Source of the DNA: Heptranchias perlo
Lineage: Eukaryota
Assembly: GCF_035084215.1 (NCBI RefSeq)
Contig: NW_027139217.1
Span: forward strand, 1-64,000
Direction of reading: 5' to 3'
Length of the DNA stretch: 64,000 bases
Position numbers and translations under genes: made by a program. The first letter of the stretch is position 1; every line of letters starts with the position of its first letter. The notes below the pieces were generated by a model that did no database searches, was not told where the DNA came from, and saw nothing but the letters and a program-made list of their open reading frames with translations. Shown here in pieces: positions 13,113-25,294 of the stretch.

Positions 13113-15950
13113 CAGGCTCCACCTGAACCGGAATGGGATCAGAGTCTGAGCGGAGAGGATAAATGGGGCGGAGGAGAAGGCTTTAAACTAGCAAGATGGG
13201 GGGAGGGTCTGGGACAATAATAAAAGTCTGAAGATAAAAGAAACAGGAGATGAGTGTAAAGGTCGGACCAGGGTCAGGAATAAAGATAACATAAACGGTC
13301 AAGGAACAAATACAGTTATAAACCAGAGTATAAAAGGACTGTTAAAAATAGAGCCAGAGCAGTAACTAATAAAGATGATTTAAACAGTCCATCCAGCAAT
13401 GTACACGGTGCCCAAAATAAAACAGGGGAACTGGAGGCAATAATCCGTAGTGAGGAACCAGGTGTAATGGGAATAACTGAAACACGGCTACAGAAAGGAC
13501 AGGACTGGCAACCAAATATTGCAGGTTATAACATAATCAGAAAGGACAGGGAGGAAGAAGGGAGTGGAGTAGCTGTAATAATTAGAGATAATTAAAAAGG
13601 GACATAACTAACAGAAGGATAGAAACAGAATCCATATGGATTGAAATAAAAGATAAGAAGGGATCGACCCCACTAATAGGGGTTTACTGCAGACCACCTA
13701 ATAGTGGAAAGGAGGTGGAGGAAGAAACCTGTAAACAAATATGTGAAATGAGTGAAGGACATAGAATAATAACCATGGGAGATTTTAACTCTCCCCAAAT
13801 AAACTGACAAGAGGAGACAGGTAAAGGGGTCCAGGGAGTGGGGGTTTTACAGTGTGTTCAGGACTCCTTTCTTACCCAGTATGTGAGAAGCCCAACAAGA
13901 AAGGAAGCAGTGCTGGATCCAGTAATGGGAAATGAACCAGAGCAGATCAGGGAAATAAGTGTCGGGAAACATCAAGGCAATAGCGATCACAACATAATAA
14001 AGTTGAAGATAAATATTGAGAAGGACATCAGTAAGACAAAGTCATAGATTGGAAAAAAGCTGATTTTCACAGGATGAGAATGGAACTTGGGAAAATAAAG
14101 AGGAAATATTTCCTGAAACAAAGAAACAGAAGAGCAGTGGGAAACATTTCAAACGGTGATCAATAGAGTCCAGGAGAAATACATCCCAGTAAAAAGCAAG
14201 AACAAACTAACCAGTAATGATACACCATGGATGAATAAAGAAATAAGGGTAAAATTGTAACTTAAGAAAAAGGCATCGTCTGAATTATAGACAATAAAGG
14301 AGAGGAGGAGAAAAGGGAACACAAAAAGGTTTGGAAAGAAGTCAATCAAATAATTAAGAAAAGCAAAGAGAAATTACAAACATAATTTATCAAGGAATAT
14401 AAAAAGAAATAATAAAATATTCTACAGACACATAAATAACAAAAGAAAAATCAGGATAGGCACAGGGCCATAAGGAGATAAACACGGTAAACTCACAGGT
14501 AATGACAGTGAAATGGCAGAAATATTAAATAATTATTTTGCCTCAGTATTTCCCAGGGAGACTAACACGGTGGGCAGGACATTAGAAGAAGAGATCAAAA
14601 AATATAGAAAGACATTTAAGATCGAAAGGGGGAGATAATTGATAAACTGATCAAACTTAGAGAGGATAAAACCCCTGGTCCGGATGGATTGCATCCACGA
14701 ATATTAAAAGAAGTTAGGGAAGAGATAGCAGAGGCACGATTACATATATATAAACATTCATTAGAAAAGGGAATAGTGCCAGAGGACTGGCGGACAGTTA
14801 ATGTGATTCCTATATTTAAAAAGGGAGATAGAACAAGTCCAGGGAACTCTAGGCCAATTAGCTTAACGTCGGTGGGAGGAAAGATAATGGAATCTTTACT
14901 CAAAGATGTAATAAAAAAAATCTAGAAACTGAAAATATAATAAAGAACAGTCAGGATGGATTTCAGAAGGGAAGGTCATGCTTGACCAAACTTATTGAAT
15001 TCTTTGAAGAAATAACAGAAAGAGTAGACTAGGGTAATGTAGTAGATGTAATATATTTGGATTTTCAAAAGGCCTTTGATAAGGTACCACATTGTAGATT
15101 CATGACTAAGGTCAGAGCATGTGGAGTCAGGGGACAGGTAACAGAATGGATAACAAGCTGGCTACAAAACAGAAAACAGAGAGTAGGGGTTAAAGGTAGT
15201 TACTCAGACTGGCAAAAGGTGGGAAGTGGTGTTCCCCAGGGATCGGTGCTGGGACCACTGTTGTTCACCATTTACATCAACGATTTGGACTCAGGAATCG
15301 GAAGTACAATTTCAAAATTTGTGAACGACACCAAATTGTGGGGTATAGTTAATGCCGAAGAGGACTGTGACAAAATACAGGAAGACATCAAGAAACTTGC
15401 AGAATGGGCGTGTAATTGGCAAATAAATTTCAATATAGATAAGTGTGAGCTGGAACATTTTGTTCGGAAGAATAAGGAGGCCCCATAGTGCTGGGTAGAG
15501 GAGCAGAGGGATCTGGGGGTACAGATACACAAAATCACTACAAGTAGCGACACAGGTTAACAAGGCCATAAAAAAGCAAACCAATCACTGGGGTTCATTT
15601 CTAGAGGGATAGAATTGAAAAGCAGAGAAGTTATGTTAAACTTGTATCAAACCTTGGTTAGACCACACTTGGAGTAATGTGAACAGTTCTGGTCTCCATA
15701 TTATGAAAAGGATATAGAGGCACTGGAGAAGGTGCAAAAAAGATTTACGAGGATGATACCAGAACTGAGAGGTTTACCTATCAGGGAAGATTGAACAGGC
15801 TGGGGTGCTCTCCTTTAGAAAAGAGAAGACTCAGGGGTGACCTGAAAGAGATCTTTAAGATTATGAAAGGGTTTGTTAGAGTCGACGTAGAGATGTTTCC
15901 ACTTGCGGGGGAGACCAGAACTAGGGGCCATAAATATAAGATAGTGACTA

Positions 15951-16747
15951 AGATAGATACAAAAATTGGCCGTGTAGTTGATGGTGAAGAGGATAGCTGT
16001 AGACTCCAAGAAGATATCAATGGGTTGGTGGAGTGGGCGGAAAAGTGGCAAATGGAGCTCAACCCGGAGAAGCTTGAGGTAGTGCACTTAGGGAGGGCAA
16101 ACAGTAAAAGGGAATACGCAGTAAACGGGAATATATTGAGAGGGGCAGAGGAAGTGAGAGACCTTGGAGTGCATGTGCACAGGTCCCTGAAGGTGACAGT
16201 ACAGGTAGATAAGGTTGTGAAGAAGACATACGGAATGCTCTCCATTATTAGCCGAGGTATAGAATACAAAAGCAGGGATGTAATGATGGAACTGTATAAA
16301 ACGCTGGTAAGGCCACAGCTGGAGTATTGTGCGTAGTTCTGGTCACCACATTACAGGAAGGATGTAATTGCTCTGGAGAGAGTGCAGAGAAGATTTACAA
16401 GAATGTTGCCAGGGCTTGAAAATTGCAGCTACGAGGAGAGATTGGATAGGCTGGGGTTGTTTTCCTTGGAGCAGAGGAGGCTGAGGGGAGACTTGATTGA
16501 GGTGTACAAAATTATGAGGGGCCCAGATAGAGTAGACAGGAAGTACCTGATTCCCCTAGCGGAGAGTTCAAGAACTAGAGGACATAGATTTAAGCTGATT
16601 GACGGAAGGATTAGAGGAGACATGAGGAAAAACTTTTTTACCCAGAGGGTGGTGGGTGTATGGAATTCACTGCCCGAATTGGTGGTAGAGGCAGGGACCC
16701 TCAACTCTTTTAAAAGTACCTGGACCTGCACCTAAAGTGCTGTAAGC
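15951..16747 (+). mobile_element. Second CR1 ORF2 3' fragment nested in the first
   Basis: The frame restarts at DTKIGRVVD and repeats the RPQLEYC and RRLRGDLIE motifs already passed upstream. Confidence 0.85.
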
Positions 16748-17761
16748 ACTGTTCACCTACTTCACAAAACCTGCTCCTGATGTAACGCTGGGGTAAACGC
16801 TCTGCTCTACATATTAATGGAGGGGAATTCATGGAGATCTTTACCCAGAGAGTGGTGAGAATGTGGAATTCACTACCGCATGGAGTGGGTGAGATGAATC
16901 ACATCGATGAATTGAAGCTCGATGAGTACATGAGGGAGAAAGGAATAGAAGGATATGCTGATAGGGTGAGATGAAGTCAGGTCGTGTGGAACAGAAACCC
17001 GTTGGGCCGAATGGCCTGTTTCTGTCCCTTCAATGTAATTCTATGTCTGTAATTCATGGGCTGTGTCTGCATGGTTTGAGATCTGCTCACTCTCTGTGTC
17101 CGTTCCTGTTTGTTCTTCCCTCCCTCAAACCTCTTAGTCCCAGTTATTGACATTCTGAAATGTACCCCCCGCAATGGATCTGCAATATTTACTAAAGATG
17201 GAAGGACTTGATTTCCTCATTCTTCCCTCCTCTCTCCCCAGAACCTTTCTGCTTGCTCTGTTATTTACAGGATTCTGAAAGATATTCCTCCCTCCCCTCC
17301 TTCTCACCATGGGTTTCTACTTCCTGTCCAGTCTGCAATGAGCAGCACCCAAACAAGTGGCCATTGGCCGTGCTCCGGACCTGACCGATTATCTCCAGAC
17401 ACAATCCAAGTAGCTCAGAAACACCTCCCTCTGACTGTGGTCCATCAGAGTGACTCCCGAAACCTCATCCCCCTCCCCAGGCAGCTCACAGTTTCAGTTT
17501 CGTGCCGATGTCTCTTTCTCTCTGGAGGATTCCCACAGCCCCCAGGATACGGTAACTGGTGAGTAAAGTTACCCCACAATAGCAGGCACCCATACAGTTC
17601 TGGTCAAAGTTGTATGTTTTACTGGGCATGGAGCTTCTATTAAATGAAGATTACATTGCTGTATATAAATATAGAAATTGGGATGTACGACATTGGCTAA
17701 CCGGTTAAACTAAATTCAAGAATGTAAAGCAGAAATCTTTTTATTTTTGATGTTTGTTCCA

Positions 17762-18387
17762 GTATCATAGTAGTATGTTCCAGCACAGAAGGAGGCCGTT
17801 CGGCCCATCGTGCCTGTGCCGGCTCTTTGAACGATCTATCCAATTAGTCCCACTCCCCCTGCTCTTTCCCCATTGCCCTGTAGCTTTTTTCTCTTCAAAT
17901 ATTTATCCAATTCCACTTTGAAAGTTATTATTGAATCTGCTCCCACCGCCCTTTCAGGCAGTGAATTCCAGATCAGAACAACTCGCTGTGTAAAATAATC
18001 TTTCCTCATCTCCCCCCTGGGTCTTTTGCCGATCACCTTAAATCTGTGTCCTCTGGTTACTGACCCTTCTGCCACTGGAAACAGTTTCTCCTTATTTACT
18101 CCATCAAAACCCTTCATGATTTTGAACACCTCTATTAAATCTCCCCTTAACCTTCTCTGCTCTAAGGAGAACAATCCCAGCTTCTCCAGTCTCTCCACAG
18201 AACTGAAGTCCCTCATCCCTGGCACCATTCTAGTAAATTTCCTCTGCACCCTCTCTAAGGCCTTGACATCCTTCCTAAAGTGCAGTGCTCAGAATTGAAC
18301 ACAATACTCCAGCTGAGGCCTAACCAGTGTTTATAAAGGTTCAACATAACTTCCTTGCTTTTGTACTCTATGCCTCTATTTATAAAT
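17762..18387 (-). mobile_element. CR1 LINE 3' fragment
   Basis: QRKFTRMVPG...RRLRGDLIEVFKI...FTQRVV plus the CR1 3' UTR. Confidence 0.92.
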
Positions 18388-19340
18388 GTAAGGAATCTTA
18401 CAACACCAGGTTATAGTCCAACAGTTTTATTTGAAAATCACAAGCTTTCGGAGGCTTTCTCCTTCGTCAGGTGAGTTTGTGATTCCTTGAAGGTTACCGC
18501 ATATATAGTCAGAGAACAATGCCTGGTGATTACAGATAATCTTTCCAACTGCCCATTGTCAAGGCACTCAGACAGAGAGACAGTACATACAGGACTACTG
18601 AATATACAAACGGTCCGAACCCAAAGACAGAGAGAGAGAGAGAGAGAAACATCCGAAAGGAAGAGAAAGAGAGAGAATGACCAGTTGTATTAAAAACAGA
18701 GAACTCTTTTTTCGCTGGTGGGGTCACGTGTAGCGTGACATGAACCCAAGATCCCGGTTGAAGCCGTCCTCATGGGTGCGGAACTTGGCTATCAATTTCT
18801 GCTCGCCGATTTTGCATTGTCGTGTGTCTCGAAGGCCGCCTTGGAGAACGCTTACCCGAAGATCGGTGGCTGAATCGTTCGCAGCAAATTACCCAGCTTT
18901 CAGGAGAACAGCGTCCACGACACCACACAACCCTGCCACGGTAACCTCTGCAAGACATGCCAGATCATCGACACAGATACCACCATCACACGAGAGGACA
19001 CCACCCACCAGGTACATGGTTCATACTCCTGTGACTCGGCCAACGTTGTCTACCTCATACGTTGCAGGAAACGATGCCCCAGAGCATGGTACATTGACGA
19101 GACCATGCAGACACTGCGACAACGGATGAACGGACACCGCGCAACAATCGCCAGTCAGGAGGGTTCCCTCCCAGTCGGGGAACACTTCAGCAGTCAAGGA
19201 CATTCAGCCACCGATCTTCGGGTCAGCGTTCTCCAAGGCAGCCTTCGAGACACACGACAACGCAAAATCGTCGAGCAGAAATTGATAGCCAAGTTCCGCA
19301 CCCATGAGGACGGCCTCAACCGGGATCTTGGGTTCATGTC
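18388..19340. mobile_element. Penelope-like element remnant: GIY-YIG endonuclease (+, ~18877-19340) preceded by an inverted copy of its 3' end (-, 18388-18875)
   Basis: CKTC...NVVYLIRCRKRC...YIDETMQTLRQRMNGH...VGEHF...GLNRD; 139-bp inverted repeat. Confidence 0.9.
18438..18474 (-). ncRNA. Minimal type I hammerhead ribozyme in the Penelope 3' region
   Basis: UCAC-CUGACGA-A-GGAG-AAAGC-CUCC-GAAA-GC-UU-GUGA: both core boxes, stem I (UCAC/GUGA), stem II (GGAG/CUCC), palindromic AAGCUU stem III. Confidence 0.75.
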
Positions 19341-20256
19341 CCCTCCTATTTCTCATCTCCATGCTGCCCCTTGGTGACATCATCCTAAAACCCAACGTCA
19401 GGTTCCACATGTACACTGATGACACCCAGCTCGACCCCTCCACCACCTCCCTCGACCCCTCCACTCTCTCTCATTTGTCACATTGTTTGTCCGACATCCA
19501 GGACTGGAGGAGCAAAAATTTCCTCCAATTAAATATTGGGGAGACTGAAGTCATTGTCTTCGGTCCCCGCCACAAACTCCGTTCCCCAGACCCCCGACTC
19601 CATCCCTCTCCCTGGCCACTGTCTGAGGCTGAACCAGACCGTTCACAACCTTGGGGTCCTATTTGACCCTGAGATGAGCTTCTGACCCCATATCCGCTCC
19701 ATCACCCAGACCGCCTACTTCCCCCTCAGTAACATCGCCCGTCTCCGCCCCTCCCTCAGCTCATCTGCTGCTGAAACCCTCATCCGTGCCTCTGTTACCT
19801 CCAGACTGGACTATTCCAATGCTCTCCTGGACGGCCTCCCATCTTCCACCCTCCATAAACTTGAGCTCATCCAAAACTCTGCTACCCGTATCCTAACTCT
19901 CACCAAGTCCCGTTCACCCCTCACTGACCTACATTGGCTCCCGTTTTGGGAATGCCTCGATTTTAAAATTCCCATCCTTGTTTACAAATCCCTCCTTGGC
20001 TTCACCCCTCCCTATCTCTGTAACCTCCTCCAGCCCTACAACCCTCCGAGATCTCTGCACTCCTCCAATTCTGGCCTAGGCCCTAAGCTCTGGAATTCCC
20101 TCCCTAAACCTCTCTGCCTCTCTCTCCTCCTTTAAGATGCTCCTTAAAACCTACCTCTTTGACCAAGCTTTTGGTCACCTGTCCTAATATCTCCTCATAT
20201 GGCTCGGTGTCAAATTATATTTCATAACGGTCCTGTGAAACGCCTTGGGCGATTTT
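19341..20256 (+). mobile_element. L2-clade LINE 3' part; its tail resumes at 21799-21847
   Basis: LFLISMLPLGDII...HMYTDDTQL...LQLNIGETE, SRLDYSN, LHWLP; tail ends TAAATGCAAGTTGTTG. Confidence 0.88.
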
Positions 20257-20401
20257 GTCATGGAAGGTGCAGCACAGGAGGAGGCCATTCGGCCCATCGT
20301 GCCTGTGCCGGCTCTTTGAAAGAGCTATCCAATTAGTCCCATTCCCCTGCCCTTTCCCTAAAGCCCTGTAAATGTTTTCCCTTCAAGTGTTTATCCAATT
20401 C
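20257..20401 (-). mobile_element. CR1 3' terminal segment fused to the 3' end of the RXYLT1 retrocopy
   Basis: Aligns by eye with the CR1 3' UTR at 17780-17912. Confidence 0.88.
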
Positions 20402-20459
20402 ATGTAGTTTACAACAGTAAACAGCTGCTAGGATTGTCTTGGGAAGGAGATCCAAGTTG

Positions 20460-21798
20460 TTAAAAAAACCTGTTTTCCAGGAGATCAATAAATTTTTGCC
20501 TCAGTTGAGTTCTGAACTGCTTAAACCACTCGATGACAATTCTCCGTCTCTGATTCTTTACTTGCAGGCTCATCGCCTTCTCCTTCTCTAAAATAGCAGG
20601 CAATTCTTTCCAGTCTTTGATTAAGATAAACGGTGCTCTCATTAACTTCAGGAGTCGTAACGGGGCGTTCTGGAATACCGATGAGTTGCCACATTGTCCC
20701 GGCATCATGATGTCTTCAACAACTGGAACGGAGCCGGAAGAACAGGCTTCATAAATTCTGTAACATTCGGTATTTATTCCCACTGGGCACAACATGAGGT
20801 CACTTTGCAGCAAAGCTTCTTGGTACTTCTTTAAACTTTCACTTCTTTCCTGAGGTAGTCACTGTTCTCTAACCGAGATAAGACACATTGTATTGAGTCT
20901 CTCTCCTCTCAATATGTCCAGCATGATTTCCCTGGAGGAGCCTTTGTAGACAGTTCCGAGGAAGTTACACAAGTATGGCCTTGAAGAATGCAACATTAAA
21001 TTGTTGAGATCCACAATGGGGAAGTTCCTGTAGGTTGCCACTCTCAGCAGCCACTGGTAAACATCCTCTTCATTTACCCAAGGGCTGTCATACACCAGAA
21101 AAATCAAATCAATAAATCCTCCGTGTTTTCTGAGGGAGGGCTCAATCCAGTCATTATTGCACTGCTCACTGCCAAGCAGAACTATAGCGACTTGTCGTAG
21201 TTTGTGTGTCTGAAGGAGTGTCTGTACATAGTGCAGCCACTGGGTGGTAAACTTGATCTTTCCTTCCTCTCTGCCATTCAGCACAAGCACCAGATTCTCA
21301 GTATCGAGCGGGATATGTCCAGGGACCACATCAGGACCAGTGTAGAATCTAAAATATCAATTTCCAGCCTTTAGCTCCCCTTCTCTCCAGTGAGCTGTCA
21401 CATCACCTGGTGGAAGCTGGCCACCAAGAATTTGCTGCCAGAGGTAAAGTCCAATTGCAGCTTTGCTCCAGATCTGCACCTTCTTCTGTTTGGGTGGGTT
21501 TTGTAAAATTTGTTTCTGAAATCCCTGTAGCTGAGCTTTATGCTATAAAGCATCCTCTGTCTTCTCATCCTCTTCCCAGGGATTGCACTCAGTGTCTTGT
21601 TCGGACTGGTGCAAATCCCGTTGTTCTTCTATCTTCTGCCACGCAAGTGGACTGTCCTTTTTACGCTCCCTGGGAGCGGCCACCCTGTGGGCCCTGGAAC
21701 TCTTCTGGCCTCTAAAGAAGACGATGTAAGCCACGTCAATGGAAAAGAAGCAGGAAACAAAAACCAGGAAGCATGCCGCCTGCTTCCACATCAATCAC
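20460..21798 (-). pseudogene. RXYLT1: Processed (intronless) pseudogene of ribitol-5-phosphate xylosyltransferase 1 (TMEM5)
   Basis: One continuous frame with [68 protein letters not shown]. In-frame stops at about 21543, 21357 and 20859; no introns. Confidence 0.93.
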
Positions 21799-21845
21799 TT
21801 TTACTACGTTAAAGAGGATATATAAATGCAAGTTGTTGTTTTTGT

Positions 21846-22098
21846 TGTACAATTGCCCCCTTACTGGTCCCATCCTGTCCCAGGACTGTAGGGGTACAAT
21901 TGCCCCCTTACTGGTCCCATCCTGCCCCAGGACTGTAGGGGTACAATTGCCCCCTTACTGGTCCCATCCTGCCCCAGGACTGTAGGGGTACAATTGCCCC
22001 CTTACTGGTCCCATCCTGCCCCAGGACTGTAGGGGTACAATTGCCCCCTTACTGGTCCCATCCTGCCCCAGGACTGTAGGGGTACAATTGCCCCCTTA
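21846..22098. repeat. 47-bp minisatellite, ~5 copies
   Basis: GGTACAATTGCCCCCTTACTGGTCCCATCCTGCCCCAGGACTGTAGG. Confidence 0.96.
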
Positions 22099-24186
22099 AC
22101 GATGACAAACCGGGGATAACTTGTGACGACCTCAGGGGCTGGATATCTTCACATGAAGAAGGAAAAACAGAACAATTTCCCAATTCTTCCACACGCCATC
22201 TTCAAGGGAATCCAAACCAGGAATGGGTGATCCCTCCATGGTCCCATGGCAGCTGAAGGAAGCAGTTTCCATCAAGGACCAGTCAGCACATCACAGGGAA
22301 AAGGAACAAATCCTCTCAATGACCTCCCCCGACGGTTCGCTCAATTTACCGAGTCGGGAACTCCGAGACTCGATCCCTGGTGTGTGCCGAGTGTCCGCAG
22401 GGACGGTGCAAATGGCATCAAACCTCCCCCCTCTCGGGCCGTGCTTAGGAGGGGGAAATTGTCCCCGGTCCCACTACTCGGGGTTATCCAGTGCCTCTTC
22501 CTGGACATTGAGCTGTGTGTGGATGGAGATTGGGGAGAGGATGGAGAATAACAGTGATGCCCCGATAGTTGAATAACCTGCCGTCATTTATCAAGGCTTA
22601 CACTGGAATAACATCGGATTGGGAAGATGTAGTGGGCGGTGAGCAGCTCTTGTGGAGCTTTACCTGAAGCGAGGAGTCAGCACCTTAGGGTGGGGAGGGC
22701 AATCGGTGGGTGGGGGACGGGGTGCAAAGGCCCCCCGAGCAGAATGGGAGATTTTTGTGAATGAATTGAAATGTGTGTTGAAGCAAGGCTGGCCCGATGA
22801 TTGTGGACTGCAGTCTGCTGTTTCAGGCCTCACCCCACCATGTGGGAAGTGAGCAAGAACTGGAGTCACTCTGAAACTGCTGGAGGGCAAAGCTTGAACT
22901 CGGTTTCAGGTTCCTGCCAAGGTGAAGGGGGATCGATGCTGAGTGAGTGCTGGGGAGTTATACTTCACACACTGAACACACTGAGCACCACAGGTCTCTC
23001 TGAGTTAGCAGCACTACTGGACATGTATGTACACCCCACATGTATGTGCTCGCCTGGGCACCGTGACTCTTGGGGTATCAGAGAGAATCTGAGCAGCTGG
23101 AACCAGACCCGTGATTTTTATTGGGTATCAAGGGAAATGGAACAAAATGGGGTCGAGGGACAGATCAGCCACCATCTAATTGAATGGCAGAACAGGCTCG
23201 AGGGGCTGAATGGCCTGTGTTTCTTCAGTCTCTCCAGTTAATTCAAAGTTATTCCTTTGCTCGTAAAAAAAAATTAGAATTATCCAGTGGTTCAAATTTA
23301 AGTAAATCAAGTGGAATTTGCTTGAAAAAAATTGAATGAATCGATCCCTTGGATGAAGTAACTTTGAATGGCGAGGAGTTAAGTGTGGAGCTCGACCAGC
23401 GTTAGTTAATGCAGCCCACAGGTTAGTATAACTGGAGGCCTGTTTGTCCCACAGGGTTCGGTTCTCGTCTCTGCTGTTGGATGAAAGAGTTGATTTAAAT
23501 TCAGCGATTGAAGTGTAGACTTTATTTAAAAATCATCTCAATTTACAGGAACGTTGGGGAGCTCTGCCCCACACACCATTACAGGGAAACCTTACAGTGT
23601 ATTGTCTTTCAGACATTGGATTGTCACTAAACCCCGATTGCAGCCCTCAATATGGCAGTGAGCTGGATTTGGAGCGAAGGAGTGTGGGGGGAGGGAGCTG
23701 TGTCTTGTGTCCCTGAGCAGCCCACAGAGGGAGTCAGCCTCCCACGTCTCTTTACCAAACCTGGATCAAGGGGTTGATGACGAGTGAAGTCTGGCGCACA
23801 GCACTGGACGTTCATGTCTAAAATATCATCGTGTCTGGCACGCTGCAAGCTATCCTGCAAAGGTCCTTCCACCATGCTGAAAGTGGATGTCAGGCATACT
23901 GCTGATGGGGAAAGTGCTGGGAGGTATTACCTGGAGGCCAGGTATATATCCAGAGCTTGGTACCTACCAGAGAGGTGAACAGCTCCTGCCAAAGCTCCCC
24001 AGCTCCGTCTGATGGGACCACCATTGGAAGGGGTACGGTGTGTGTCCATGCCCTGATCATGAGGATGGTGGGAGTGCAGCATCTTATGGTGTGTTGTGCT
24101 ACTTACCACGATGCTCACGAGGAGCCCCCTCATACCCACTCTCAGTCTGCAAGTTGCCTAATGACCAACTAGTAAGATAAGTGGGT

Positions 24187-24435
24187 TATAGAATTTTACA
24201 GCACAGGAGGCCATTCAGCCCATTGTCCCGATAGTGACTCTCTGAAAAAGTTATCCACTTAGTCCCATTCCCTTTTCCCTTTTCAATTTTTAATTTTCCA
24301 ATATTTCCCACTTCCCTTTTAAAAGTGATTCTGGATTCTGCTCCCCCCACTGGATCTGCTCGGATAGTCCATGTCCCAATAACCTACTGGATAAAAAATA
24401 CATTCTCCCAGCCTCCCCCTTTGTTCTTTTTGGGA
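24187..24435 (-). mobile_element. Old CR1 3' tail fragment
   Basis: ACAGCACAGGAGGCCATTCAGCCC motif shared with other CR1 tails in the window. Confidence 0.7.
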
Positions 24436-25128
24436 TTGAGATGACTCCAAGATGTGATTCCTGGCGATGGATGATTGTAACCAAGTCTATCCTCCATGGC
24501 AGATTTAATGATCCAGTACCTGAGCCAGGCAACAGCAAATTACCTCAGGGCACTTTTGGGAACCAACCTGGCACACGAATGGGATCTGGAGAGGTGGACC
24601 TGTCCCTGGAGACTGGGCTTCCTCCCATTCAGCTCCAGATAACCCTGCACACCACGGTCCGAATGGGGAGGGGTTCCTGGTTGGACAAGCACGGCTCCAC
24701 TGGTAAGCTGCACGGTTTTAACTGGTTAAATTCCACCAGTACCCCTGAGCACACTTGGCTTCTGCCAACCTATGTCTAAGCTCTGTGGACTTAGGACGTG
24801 TGGCGTGTCCTTACAAGAGGACAGTGTGTGTGCACTCAATATCAGGCAAACAGAAACTCTTACCTGTGTGGAATTCTCAGCAGTTTGGTTGGGTTTCCAA
24901 TTAGGTCAGACACCCGGCTGACCAAAAAACAGAATGACTCAGAGTGACAGGGCAGCTGAGCAATTTCTCCAAAGGTCTGCTGGGTATCTGGTCTGCGAGC
25001 TCACACAGTCCTTCAGTCGGTAAGTGCACAATGCAGGGTGTGACTGAGCTCAACAGACCAGCAACACTCCAAGTTCAGTCTCTGTGCTGATCTCGGCTGC
25101 ACCAAGTGTGGTCATTACAGTTTACAGG

Positions 25129-25294
25129 GTCTCCAGGGTTTAACTCGATCAGTACTCTCAGAGTGACAGGGCTCATGTCTCCAGGGTTTAACTCGATCAG
25201 TACTCAGAGTGACAGGGCTCATGTCTCCAGGGTTTAACTCGATCAGTACTCTCAGAGTGACAGGGCTCATGTCTCCAGGGTGTAACTCGATCAG
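25129..25294. repeat. ~47-bp tandem repeat, ~3.5 copies
   Basis: GGGTTTAACTCGATCAGTACTCTCAGAGTGACAGGGCTCATGTCTCCA. Confidence 0.9.

Larger units (their letters stand above)
11220..17050 (+). mobile_element. Near full-length decayed CR1 LINE: ORF1 (CxxC/CxxC zinc finger, leucine zipper, SGNH esterase), ORF2 (APE + RT), 3' end at ~16810-17050
   Basis: ATG 11511 MSAQAVCRDC...CHICSKC; GNSIIRG, HVGTND, DRLHL; GITET, SDHN, PGPDG, DFQKAFDKV, GVPQGSVLGP. Many stops and frameshifts; boundaries approximate. Confidence 0.92.

Noticed and set aside
20460-21794. RXYLT1 as a functional three-exon gene
   Set aside because: The ORF pieces are one collinear frame broken by stops, the intervening sequence is homologous coding sequence, and the ATG is lost
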